From Candidatus Marinacidobacterales bacterium (GTDB lineage Bacteria; Acidobacteriota; Vicinamibacteria; Marinacidobacterales; DATDRI01), in contig OZ245365.1 of the NCBI GenBank assembly GCA_965226495.1, forward strand, positions 2,432,001 to 2,496,000: a stretch of 64,000 nucleotides of DNA. Direction: 5' to 3'. The notes under the pieces were generated by a model that saw nothing but the letters and a program-made list of their open reading frames with translations, was not told the origin of the DNA and made no database searches. Shown one piece after another: positions 22,472 to 31,582 of the stretch. Numbering within the stretch: the first letter of the stretch is position 1; each line of letters starts with the position of its first letter. Position numbers and translations under genes: made by a program.

Positions 22472-23538
22472 CAGTTACCTTCGGAGTCGGGGCGGAGGAG
22501 AGAGAATGCCATCTCTGCCACGGGTCTCGGTTCGTAGCGAGTCAAGCAGTGCACGTCTCCGTAACGGCAAGTCGCTTCCATGCAAGAGCCACACGAGAGA
22601 TCGCCGGAATGAAGGCAGAGGGTGCGCTCGCCGAGGGGCCGCGACCAGTCACCGCGGCTCGAGCCGAACAAAGCCAACGTCGGCACTCCCGACACCCAGG
22701 CCATGTGCATAAGGCCGGAGTCCTCCGAGAGTACCAGGTCGGCCTTCTGCACGATGGAGAAGGCTTCGTCGGGCGTCGTTCGTGCTACCAGGTTGAGAGC
22801 TCGCCCGGCGAGCGCGCCCTCGATGAAGGAGGCCTTCGCTTTCATGGTGTCGAGACCGAGAAGTAGAAACTGTGTGGGAGTGGAGTCGAGAGACTCCCAC
22901 GCCCGAGCAAAGTCCACCCAGCTCTGAAGCGGCCAGTTTCTGGTGGCAAAGGCCCCCGCCGGATTCAGCACCACCAGGCGGTGGTCTTCGCGCCAACCCG
23001 CTTCCTCAAGCACTCTCAGCGCCGCTTCTGCCCCGCGGGTGGGCAGATCCGTATTCAGTCGAACCGGACCGAGTCCCGCGGCTTCGATGGTGTGTCGGGT
23101 CCGCTCGCCGGCCGATCGCGGGCTCGTCTTGTCGAAGCGGCTCCAAGCGTGAGGGCGCAGGCATCTCGTGACAAACCGACTGATCTCGTTGTTCTGGAGA
23201 TCGAGTACGACATCGTAGCGCGACCGAAGCAACTGCGGAAGCAGGCGGGCGCTCGCAAACCATTGTCTTTTGAAATTCCTCCCTCCGCCGATGGTACGAA
23301 CCCGTTCGAAAAGCTCCAGGTTTTTCGGGATGGCTCCCGTCTCTTCTCGCGTGAGCAGATCGATGGCCGTCTGCGGATAAAGACGCTTGAGATCGTTGAG
23401 ATAAGGGAGTGTGATAGTCACGTCCCCCAAGGCCTGGAGGCGGATGGCCAAGATGTGGCGAGGCGGCTGCGAGGCCGTCCAGGCCCGGGCGGGGATGCTC
23501 GCATCTTCTATTAGCGGCATCAGCGCCTTGGGCGACAT
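22471..23538 (-). CDS. glycosyltransferase family 9 (heptosyltransferase-like)
   Basis: IRLQALGDV, NPAG..RNWP, DSGLMHMA and LFGSS motifs; C-terminal Cys cluster. Confidence 0.9.
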   Translation of the reverse strand: MSPKALMPLIEDASIPARAWTASQPPRHILAIRLQALGDVTITLPYLNDLKRLYPQTAIDLLTREETGAIPKNLELFERVRTIGGGRNFKRQWFASARLLPQLLRSRYDVVLDLQNNEISRFVTRCLRPHAWSRFDKTSPRSAGERTRHTIEAAGLGPVRLNTDLPTRGAEAALRVLEEAGWREDHRLVVLNPAGAFATRNWPLQSWVDFARAWESLDSTPTQFLLLGLDTMKAKASFIEGALAGRALNLVARTTPDEAFSIVQKADLVLSEDSGLMHMAWVSGVPTLALFGSSRGDWSRPLGERTLCLHSGDLSCGSCMEATCRYGDVHCLTRYEPRPVAEMAFSLLRPDSEGN

Positions 23539-24365
23539 CAGCGCCGCCTCATCTGCAGCATGTAGTGGTCGCCGAAGTAGCGAAAGGGCCAGACGTCGCT
23601 AATCATTCGCTCCGCCCGTCCGAGTGAACGGAGGAGACGTCTTCCGTACCGCCTCGACTCGATGGCCCTGGACCAAAGGGAAGACGACCACAGGGAAGAC
23701 GGTAGCACCAACCCCAAAGCGCTCACGCGCTCCAGCCGGAAGAAAGGGGCGAACACTTTCATGAGCTCGGACGGCCAGGGGTAGGTGACACGAACCCGCT
23801 CGTCCCCCACGCGGGCCAACGTGCCATCTTTACTTAGACGCCGAACCGCCCGCTTTGGCTCGCCACGAAGCAGATGGTAACTGAGATCCCAGAGGCAAGC
23901 CGGTCCCATGACGACAAGGAGCACCGGGGCATCGGGGCGCATCCAGCGTCCGAGCGCGTCGGCGAGGGGCTCGAGGTCACGGACGCAGTTGAGACCGCCG
24001 AAGTTGGAGAAAGCGCCATCGAAGCTCGCTGGATGAAAAGGCCCCTCCGGCGCTTCGAGGTTGAGCTCGGCAAAACGAATCTCCGCCGCCTCCGCGCCAA
24101 GCTGTGCGCTCGCTTTGTCCTCGGCCCTTTGGAGCATGCGCGGGGATCCGTCGGTGGCGGTGACAAGAACACCTTGGGCTGCCAGCCAACAGGCGTCTTC
24201 GCCGGTTCCACAGTTGAGCTCGAGGACGTGGCTGCCACCGGTGAACAGAAGGGAAAGCCGCTCCCATACGAGCCCGCGGAGCTCGCGGCCGAGACTGGTG
24301 TTGGTGAAGGTCTGGTCGTAGCTCGCCGCCATTTTGTCGAACGCGGAGGTTCCCGTCGCGATCAA
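23538..24365 (-). CDS. class I SAM-dependent methyltransferase
   Basis: VLELNCGTGED and FDGAFSNFGGLNC motifs; TTG start overlaps the upstream stop (the ORF track starts at 24509). Confidence 0.88.
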   Translation of the reverse strand: MIATGTSAFDKMAASYDQTFTNTSLGRELRGLVWERLSLLFTGGSHVLELNCGTGEDACWLAAQGVLVTATDGSPRMLQRAEDKASAQLGAEAAEIRFAELNLEAPEGPFHPASFDGAFSNFGGLNCVRDLEPLADALGRWMRPDAPVLLVVMGPACLWDLSYHLLRGEPKRAVRRLSKDGTLARVGDERVRVTYPWPSELMKVFAPFFRLERVSALGLVLPSSLWSSSLWSRAIESRRYGRRLLRSLGRAERMISDVWPFRYFGDHYMLQMRRR

Positions 24366-25765
24366 GTCTCCATCTCCCTTCGAGTAAGAGCCATGCCCAG
24401 TCGCCCTCGCGCCCAGTTGCCGCCGCTCTTCATCAATCGGGCCAGACCTGTCAGGTTCTTGGAAGGAGATTGAAGCTCCTTGTGGAAACGGGCCTCGTTC
24501 ACCATCCACCGCATGGCGGACTCGTAGTAACGGCGGGAGTGTCTTCCAGCGATGGTGAGGTCCCGGTCGGTGCGCGACTCCCAGTCCGTCCTCGCGAGGA
24601 GCCGATCGCTCACTTTGTCGTAGTAACCCGTTCCTTTAATAGGATAGGCGACGGTGGTGAGGACGATGTCGGGGCTGGCTTCCTTGAGGTGCTCCACGGT
24701 CGCCTTCAGGTCCTCCTCGGTTTCGCCTTCGTAGCCCACCATCAGGAACATCCCGACTTCGATACCGTGACGCTGGCAAAGTCGTGTCACGGCCCGCACT
24801 TGCTCGGCCCGCACGCCGCGCCCCATGGCATCGAGGATACGTTGGCTCCCCGACTCGGAGCCGATCCAGATGCGGAAGCAGCCCATCCGGGTCAAGGTCT
24901 CGACCAGCTCTTCGTTCAACCGGTCCGCCCTCGAGATGCACTCGAAAGGCAAACGGATTTCCCGCTTCGAGAGCTCCCGAGCGAAAGCGACGGTCCAAGA
25001 GGGTTTGATTGTGAAGACGTCGGCGGCGTACCAGAGCTGGTCGGGACGATAGCGTTCTTGGATGAGCTCTACTTCATCGGCGACGCCCTCGGGTGAACGG
25101 CGTCGATGCGTCTTCCCGTAGACGGAGTGGCTGCACCAATCGCAGTGATACGGACAGCCACGCGCACAGATGAGGGAGACCGACCCGTATCCGTGGTGGC
25201 GACGCCAGGCGTCGAGGTAAGCCTCGAGGTCGATGGCGTCTCGGTCGGGCATGGGGAGGCTGTCCAAATCCGCGATCATCGGCCGTGGTGGCGTACGCTC
25301 CACCCGTCCTTCCTCGTTTCGGAAGACAATGGACCGGACGTGGGAGAGTCGATGGGGAGAGCCGGTCGAGAGCTCCCGAACGAGCTCCTCCATCGTTTCC
25401 TCGCCTTCCCCAACGACGATGACATCGGCACCGTGAGAAAGGTATTCCTCGGCATAGAAGGGCGGCTCCGGTCCACCCAGAACGACCCGGGCCCCCGCGC
25501 CCTTTGCCGCCTGCACCATCGAAAGGACGCGGAGTTTCGTCATGAGGTTGCAGTAGAGGCCCACGACGGAGGGACGCTCTTGCTCGAGCTGGTCGGAGAA
25601 CTCCTCGGGTCTTCGGAACGTCGAGTCGAAGACGGAGACGGAGAAGCCGCGGCGCTTCAAGTAGGCCGAAAGGTAGAGGATGCCAAGGGGAGGATGGGGC
25701 TTCATGATCTTCCGCTCGTGGGCGTCCTCCTCGAGGTAGTACCCGTGAGCCAGGAGCACATCCAT
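24362..25765 (-). CDS. cobalamin-binding radical SAM protein
   Basis: PPLGILYL, GGPEP, GEGEET, RGCPYHCDWC, DVF and GSESGS motifs; start at MDVLLAHG. Confidence 0.92.
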   Translation of the reverse strand: MDVLLAHGYYLEEDAHERKIMKPHPPLGILYLSAYLKRRGFSVSVFDSTFRRPEEFSDQLEQERPSVVGLYCNLMTKLRVLSMVQAAKGAGARVVLGGPEPPFYAEEYLSHGADVIVVGEGEETMEELVRELSTGSPHRLSHVRSIVFRNEEGRVERTPPRPMIADLDSLPMPDRDAIDLEAYLDAWRRHHGYGSVSLICARGCPYHCDWCSHSVYGKTHRRRSPEGVADEVELIQERYRPDQLWYAADVFTIKPSWTVAFARELSKREIRLPFECISRADRLNEELVETLTRMGCFRIWIGSESGSQRILDAMGRGVRAEQVRAVTRLCQRHGIEVGMFLMVGYEGETEEDLKATVEHLKEASPDIVLTTVAYPIKGTGYYDKVSDRLLARTDWESRTDRDLTIAGRHSRRYYESAMRWMVNEARFHKELQSPSKNLTGLARLMKSGGNWARGRLGMALTRREMET

Positions 25766-25770
25766 ACCGA

Positions 25771-26820
25771 CTATCTCCCGACGATGGGCCCGGGCTCCGG
25801 CCAGAGGCGGCCCAGAACGAGGGCTCGCGGAGGTTTCCACATGGGGCAGACGCAGGTCCGGCACTCTCGCCTCTCTCCGGTTCGGATTTCGCGTCTCAAG
25901 CTGACGAATTCACGGCTGTTCAGAGCAGAAGAGATCGAAGCGCCCTTTGCACCGGCGACCCCCGGTATGAAGTGACACGGCTGGAGCTCACCATTGGCGC
26001 GCACGACGGCGGAAAAACGGGGGGCGTTGCAGCGCACCGGCGGGAAGCTCCCTACGCCGCAAAGAGCGGAGAAGTACTGATGTAGGTGCCATAGTTTCTC
26101 GGCGCTTTCGGCAATGAAACCGCTTTCCAGCTCATCCGCGAAGTCCGTCTCGAAGTTGGTGAGGATCTTCGAGAATTGCGGGAGGTCTTCGGGACGGAGA
26201 GCCCCTCGCCAAGGCTCGCCGCTGGGCTCACGGGAGAAAGCGAGCTCGCTCGCCACGTCTACGCCCAAAAAAGAGATCTCCTTCACCTCGAGCTCCTTGG
26301 CAAGGCGCACCATGGCCGGCATCTCGTGGTAGTTCTGCCTCTGAATGGTGGAGCGAATGGAGACCCAGACACCCCGTTTCAACAACGCCCGGATGCCCGT
26401 CAGAACCTCGTGGAATGCGTTGACACCCCGAATCGCCTGGTAGGTGTCAGGCTCGGCGCCATCCAGAGACACCGTAACCCGATCGCAGAGATCGGCCACC
26501 GCGGCGACATGGTTTTTCAAAGAAAGCCCTGCCGTCAGAAGCCAAACCCTGAGCCCGACCTCTCGGAACGCGCTGGCCACATCTTGCCACCGAGAGTGAA
26601 ACAAGACCTCGCCCCCCGTCAGCAGTACCGCCTCGGTTCCCGCGTCTCGAAGCTCCTTCGCCATGGAGTGCGCCCGCTCCACATCCAGCTCCGAAGTTCC
26701 GTGCTTCCAGAAGTCGCAGGTGATACAGCGAGAGTTGCAGCGCTCCGTGACGTAGACGATGGCGAGAGGGAGTCGATGGATCCCGTCGCCGAAGAAGTTG
26801 AGAGCCGTGGCCAGTCTCAC
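25771..26820 (-). CDS. radical SAM protein with SPASM/twitch domain
   Basis: CNSRCITC, LTGGE, VSLDG; C-terminal CNAP..NGELQPC..CRTCVC. Confidence 0.9.
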   Translation of the reverse strand: MRLATALNFFGDGIHRLPLAIVYVTERCNSRCITCDFWKHGTSELDVERAHSMAKELRDAGTEAVLLTGGEVLFHSRWQDVASAFREVGLRVWLLTAGLSLKNHVAAVADLCDRVTVSLDGAEPDTYQAIRGVNAFHEVLTGIRALLKRGVWVSIRSTIQRQNYHEMPAMVRLAKELEVKEISFLGVDVASELAFSREPSGEPWRGALRPEDLPQFSKILTNFETDFADELESGFIAESAEKLWHLHQYFSALCGVGSFPPVRCNAPRFSAVVRANGELQPCHFIPGVAGAKGASISSALNSREFVSLRREIRTGERRECRTCVCPMWKPPRALVLGRLWPEPGPIVGR

Positions 26821-28526
26821 GACGTAGCCTCAACGTGAATGAGGGCGGCAGAGCTGCCCAGCAGGATCCAGAAAGCCAGATAGATAGATGTAGATTCTAG
26901 AAGGTAGTCGAACACCCCGTGAATCAAGAAACCCGCTAGCGAGCACGACACGACCAGGGCGACAAGAGCGACAGAATTGACAGGGGACTCCGCGCTCGAA
27001 ACCACCACGCGACGAAGCCCCCAAAGCGCGCTCGCTACCAACGAGAAAAAAATCACCGCCCCCACGAGGCCTGTCGTTGCCAAAGTTTCCAGATAAAGGC
27101 TGTTCGAAAACGTCCGTGTATCCCAAGTGCTTCTCCCCGCTGCGGGTCCGTAGGACCAACGGAAGTTGTCCGGTCCGATACCGAGGATGGGGTTGTCTTT
27201 GAAAAGGGTGAGGGCAAGACCCCAGAGCTCCCATCGGCCGGGTCGCCAGGCTTCTCGAGCGAGACGATCTCTCACATCCTCGGGACGGGGCAGCTCGGAA
27301 AAGCCGTCTTCTTCACCGACGAGTACCCTCACCGGGCTGCCGAGCCCCGCTTTGTCCGAGAACCAGAGCTTGTCGGCGTGCACCATGTCCCAGATCAAAA
27401 TGTATCGCCCCCGCCCGGCCGATACGCTCACCGAGGCGCGCACAACGACCGTCTCATCTGGTGCGACGGCTCTCGGGAGCGGCGTCCTCTCGCCTTCGAT
27501 GGGTAGCGGATCGAGAGAGCCGTCCTCCTTGGCGACGAACCAGCGGTAGGAAAGGTAAACGGGCTCGTCCCCTTCGGATCCCCAGGTGGTCTTCCCCGTG
27601 TTTCGAACGCCGACCATCGTGGTCGCGAGTCCGCCGGGCTCCAGTTCGAGCTCCTGCTCGACGGGTTGGAGCGACGCGCGGTACCAACCTCCGTCTCCTT
27701 CGCTCGCTGCGCGCCAGCGAAAGGTGGGCACATCGAAGGTCACGATCAGGGCAAGTAGGAGGAACGCGATTTCGAAGCGGCCGATGCGTCCCGTTGCTGG
27801 GTGTCCCCGTCGCCAAAGCCAGAGCCATAACAGCGCCGTCGCTCCCAACGCGCCCAGGAGGGCTCCCCGCGAGTAGGTGAACAGTATCGCCGTGAACATG
27901 ATGAGAGCGGTCGCCGAGGCGAGGGCGATCGAACGACGGGAGGCATTGTCTCTTGCCACGAAGAACAGTGCCGCGGGAAGGGTGAGCACGAGAAAGCCGG
28001 CAGCGGTGTTGGGGTAGGGGAAGGTCGCGGCAATGCGAGCCGTTCCTCCCACTTCGAAGTTGTGCTCCCGGAAGGGAGCGAGGAGCGCCTCTATGCTCGG
28101 CAAGGAGACGACCTCCAGCAGGCCCACCGATGCGGTGAAGAGTCCCGCCGCAGCGAAACTGCCGAGGAGAAGTGAAGCCGCGCTCATTCTAGTCGAGCGC
28201 ACAAGGGCCCAGGCGGTGAGGGCAAAGGCGGCGACGCCGGCAGCGACCCGAAGAGTGGCCTTTAAGGGGAGGGAACGCGGTGGCTCGGCCCAGTAGGTCG
28301 ACAGAAGACAGGCGACCAAAAAGGCGACGGCAAACCCCATTAGGGGCATGGCGATTTTCAGACCGCCGGCTCGCGGGAAAAGAAGCAGACCTGCGGTAAC
28401 CGCGAAGAGGATTGCCGCCGAAAACTCGAGGAAGCTGAGCTCGAAGCCCAGGATCGCGAAGAGTGGACTCATCGGCTCAAAGGGCAGAAGGAGGACGAGC
28501 AAACAGATCGAGGTGAGCGCTGCCAT
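26817..28526 (-). CDS. O-antigen ligase/Wzy_C-like membrane protein with an inserted Ig-like (NBR1-like) domain
   Basis: TFPYPN..AG, TYSRGA, PILGIGPDNF and GFLIHGVFDY motifs; soluble insert RNTGKTTW..LSYRW..WDMV; ATG 28526 overlaps the upstream stop. Confidence 0.85.
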   Translation of the reverse strand: MAALTSICLLVLLLPFEPMSPLFAILGFELSFLEFSAAILFAVTAGLLLFPRAGGLKIAMPLMGFAVAFLVACLLSTYWAEPPRSLPLKATLRVAAGVAAFALTAWALVRSTRMSAASLLLGSFAAAGLFTASVGLLEVVSLPSIEALLAPFREHNFEVGGTARIAATFPYPNTAAGFLVLTLPAALFFVARDNASRRSIALASATALIMFTAILFTYSRGALLGALGATALLWLWLWRRGHPATGRIGRFEIAFLLLALIVTFDVPTFRWRAASEGDGGWYRASLQPVEQELELEPGGLATTMVGVRNTGKTTWGSEGDEPVYLSYRWFVAKEDGSLDPLPIEGERTPLPRAVAPDETVVVRASVSVSAGRGRYILIWDMVHADKLWFSDKAGLGSPVRVLVGEEDGFSELPRPEDVRDRLAREAWRPGRWELWGLALTLFKDNPILGIGPDNFRWSYGPAAGRSTWDTRTFSNSLYLETLATTGLVGAVIFFSLVASALWGLRRVVVSSAESPVNSVALVALVVSCSLAGFLIHGVFDYLLESTSIYLAFWILLGSSAALIHVEATS

Positions 28527-31500
28527 TACTTCTTCTCGGCGATGAAGACCGGGAACCTGGCCGGAGTATGGAGGCCCCTCATCCAACAATAGGTCCTTCG
28601 GAGCGTGCGCGTCACCCCTTCGAAGGGTATCTGCCATCGTGCTCGGAAGCCAGTGCGCTCCAATAGAGTCGAGAACTCCTCGAAGACGAGGAAGCCCGCG
28701 TGGGTCCGGTCGAGGTCGAGGGCGTAGCGTTTCTGGCACTCGCGCTCCTGTCTTCTCACCATGGCCAGACCGGCCGCTTCGTCTTCGTAGGTGGGGCTGT
28801 CCAGTATGAGAAAGAGACCCCCAGGGCGCAGCAGGCGGTAGGCTTCTTGAACGGGGCGGGATAATCTTTCCGCATAATGAATGGAGCCGTTGGCAACGAC
28901 GAGGTCGAACTGCGCGCCTTCGAGAGCAAGCGCCTCCATGTCCGCGCGAGCCCGCGTCACCCGAGCCCGCCACGGTAGGCCGTTGCTCCCGTAGCGATCG
29001 AGAGCCCCGAGCCCGTCCTCTTCGTCCAGTGAGATGTCCGTGGCGAGGACGAAGTGTCCTTTTTCCGCCATGCGGCGGGAGAGCCAACCGTTGCCGGCGC
29101 CGAGCTCCAGGATCCTCGAGGCCCTCTTGTCACACTCGTCGGCCTTCTTCACCTCGGGGAAGTGTGATTCGATGGTTTGCATCGCAAGGGAATAACTGCG
29201 CGCTCTGAGCCTCCAAATGGAGCGGTGGCGTCCACTGTGATCCTTGAAAGGTAAGTCCCGGTAGTACTCTTCGGCACCACCCCAGCCTTCGGCGCGGCGG
29301 AGCTTGCGGTAAGTTTGCAGAAAAGGAGTGAGCTCGCGTCTTCTCTTTTCGCGAAGGAGGGGTAGGATCCCGTTTTCTCCTTCGAAACGCCGGCCCTCGA
29401 CAGGACAGTGGAGATCGGCCCCCGCGGTGAAGGCGGAGGCTCCACACTCTGGGCAGAGAAGCTGCCACGTGACCTTGCCGTTTCCCTCGCGCGCGGGTTC
29501 CTCAACCTGCGACGCGGGTTCGCTATCCGGCCGCTCACGGGCGAGCATCGTCTCGATCTGTCCGGCGAGCTCCTCTCCGTGATCCTTGAAATGGAGCTTG
29601 ATGGCATTACTCGTGAGCCTCACCGAATTGGGGCTACCGGCTCGCGCACATTGTCGGTGCCAGTGGGTGCCAAGAACGAGGCGGCCCATTTTCTCCATCA
29701 ACCAGCCACCGCCCAGGGAAAGGAGTCCCTCGAGAAGGAAGGACCCCGCTTCGGGCTCTTCCTCTGGGATCGGCTCGAGCTCACGGAAGCTCTCCCAGAA
29801 GTTGGCAAAAACGTTGGCTCCCCAATCGTTGGCGCGCACGAAACGGTAGTAGGTCGTCCGTCCGGCCAGGGGACGTAGGCTCAGGATTTGATTCGCGGTG
29901 AAGGGATCTCGGTCCGGAAGCGCCAAGCCGTCTTCCCCGAGCACGTAGTTCAGGCAAATCGTGCGCCGGAGTCCGAGGGCCTTCATGCACAGGAAGAGAA
30001 AGAAGCTCACCGCCCAGGTTCTGCCTTTGGCCGTTATCAGAAACAGATCGATGTCTCCGTCGGAGGCGTTCCGGTGTGCCGTGGCTCCCGAAAGGGCGAC
30101 CATACGCACGAAGGGCGTCTTCCGAATGAGTGTGAGGATGCGCCGGTGCCTGGTCAGAAGTTCTTCGGTCAATTGCTCGTTCGTGCGCCGCTTCTGAACC
30201 GTATGTCCCTTGCCCTTCAAGAAATAGAAAGGCGGCGAGCTTTCCACATGCCTCCGAACGTCGGGATGGGACTCGAGAAGTCCTGCGAGCTCCTGCCGAG
30301 GGAGGGGGACGCCCATCAGAGCCCGACGGATCTCCGAAAACTTCATCGGGTAATCGAAACGCGTCCCATAGGAAATGGTGTCCACCACCGCCCGCGCCTT
30401 GCGAGCGGTCGAGTGATCTTCGTTTCCCTTCCCGACGCCGCGCACCGTGGAGCGCTCGAGGGCCTCCTCGTACACGGCGATGGTCTCCCGCGCCGTTCGC
30501 TCCCAGGAAAAGGAGCGGGCACGCGCCAGACCCGCGGCCACCCGCCGCTCCCGTTCGCCGGCGTCGGAGAGACCGTGCTCCATGGCCTCCTTCATCCCGT
30601 CGACGTCGACGGGGTCGACGAGGAGCGCCGCCCCGGCGGTGATTTCCGTGAGCGAGGACGTGTTCGATGTGAGGACGGGAACGCCGCTGGCCATCGCCTC
30701 GAGCACCGGGAGCCCGAAGCCCTCATAGAGTGAGGGGTAGACGAAGAGCTCCGCATGGGAGTAGAGCGCCGGAAGATCCTCTTCCTCCACGTAGCCAAGC
30801 CGGCGCACGCGGTCTCGGAGACCGAGCTTCTCGATGGCCTGAAGAAGTTGAGGTGCGTGCCAACCCAGATCGCCCGCCAGATAGAACCGATAGTCGGAAA
30901 AGCGGGGCGCGAGTCGAGAAAAGGCGGTGAGGGTGCGCACTAGATTCTTCCTCGGCTCGAGGGTTCCCACATAGAGGATGTAGGGCTTCTGCAACCGATA
31001 ACGCCGGGCGATCGTCTCAAAGCTGCTCGCGTCGGTGCGCGGCCGGAACTGAGTGTCGGCGGCGTGAGGAATGACGCGGATCTTGCTCTTCGGGAGCTTG
31101 TACAAACGAGCCAGATCGTCCCGCGCCGATTGCGAGGGAGTAATGATGAGACGCGCCTTTCTTGCAATCGTGGGCATGAGACTCGACGTCAGGGCCCGCT
31201 TGCGCCAAGGATGGAACTTGGCCATGAGCTGCAGCGTCATGTCGTGAAAGGTGACGACGAAGGGAGTCTCGCCGAGCGCGGGGGCCAGAAAGTTCGTGAA
31301 GTGGCAGAGGTCGGGCCGGGACGCCTTGAGGAGGAGTGGCAGAAGGCTCTGCATCCAGACGCTCCGCAAGGGAAACTGACTCCCTTGTGGTTGGTGCGTC
31401 CGCGGAATCGAGCTCATGGCCACCGGCCGGTTAGAGAGAAGGAGAACCTCGTCGATGGGGTTTGCTGGACCGTCGACTTCGGTGAGTCGCTCGAGAAGGC

Positions 31501-31567
31501 GCCACGTGTAGTACCCGACGCCAGTCTTGTTCCCTCGGAGTGTCGTGGCGTCGAACCCCAGTAGCAT
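28526..31567 (-). CDS. fusion protein: GT4 glycosyltransferase + Pol-beta-like nucleotidyltransferase + SAM methyltransferase
   Basis: GTLEPRKN and EGFGLPVLEAM (GT4); VALSGATAH..DGDIDLF (NTase); CPEC; ILELGAGNGW (MTase); one 1013-aa frame. Confidence 0.85.
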   Translation of the reverse strand: MLLGFDATTLRGNKTGVGYYTWRLLERLTEVDGPANPIDEVLLLSNRPVAMSSIPRTHQPQGSQFPLRSVWMQSLLPLLLKASRPDLCHFTNFLAPALGETPFVVTFHDMTLQLMAKFHPWRKRALTSSLMPTIARKARLIITPSQSARDDLARLYKLPKSKIRVIPHAADTQFRPRTDASSFETIARRYRLQKPYILYVGTLEPRKNLVRTLTAFSRLAPRFSDYRFYLAGDLGWHAPQLLQAIEKLGLRDRVRRLGYVEEEDLPALYSHAELFVYPSLYEGFGLPVLEAMASGVPVLTSNTSSLTEITAGAALLVDPVDVDGMKEAMEHGLSDAGERERRVAAGLARARSFSWERTARETIAVYEEALERSTVRGVGKGNEDHSTARKARAVVDTISYGTRFDYPMKFSEIRRALMGVPLPRQELAGLLESHPDVRRHVESSPPFYFLKGKGHTVQKRRTNEQLTEELLTRHRRILTLIRKTPFVRMVALSGATAHRNASDGDIDLFLITAKGRTWAVSFFLFLCMKALGLRRTICLNYVLGEDGLALPDRDPFTANQILSLRPLAGRTTYYRFVRANDWGANVFANFWESFRELEPIPEEEPEAGSFLLEGLLSLGGGWLMEKMGRLVLGTHWHRQCARAGSPNSVRLTSNAIKLHFKDHGEELAGQIETMLARERPDSEPASQVEEPAREGNGKVTWQLLCPECGASAFTAGADLHCPVEGRRFEGENGILPLLREKRRRELTPFLQTYRKLRRAEGWGGAEEYYRDLPFKDHSGRHRSIWRLRARSYSLAMQTIESHFPEVKKADECDKRASRILELGAGNGWLSRRMAEKGHFVLATDISLDEEDGLGALDRYGSNGLPWRARVTRARADMEALALEGAQFDLVVANGSIHYAERLSRPVQEAYRLLRPGGLFLILDSPTYEDEAAGLAMVRRQERECQKRYALDLDRTHAGFLVFEEFSTLLERTGFRARWQIPFEGVTRTLRRTYCWMRGLHTPARFPVFIAEKK

Positions 31568-31582
31568 GTCGAAGGTCCTTCC

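Noticed and set aside
21104-22537. 477-aa plus-strand ORF (also 9588..10721 -, 43967..45349 +, 21303..22430 - and similar)
   Set aside because: These are antisense or alternate-frame shadows of well-supported genes in GC-rich DNA, with no recognisable motifs.
25771-26820. SPASM radical SAM as a RiPP maturase
   Set aside because: No precursor peptide, PqqD/RRE domain or peptide transporter is visible, and the context is glycan biosynthesis.
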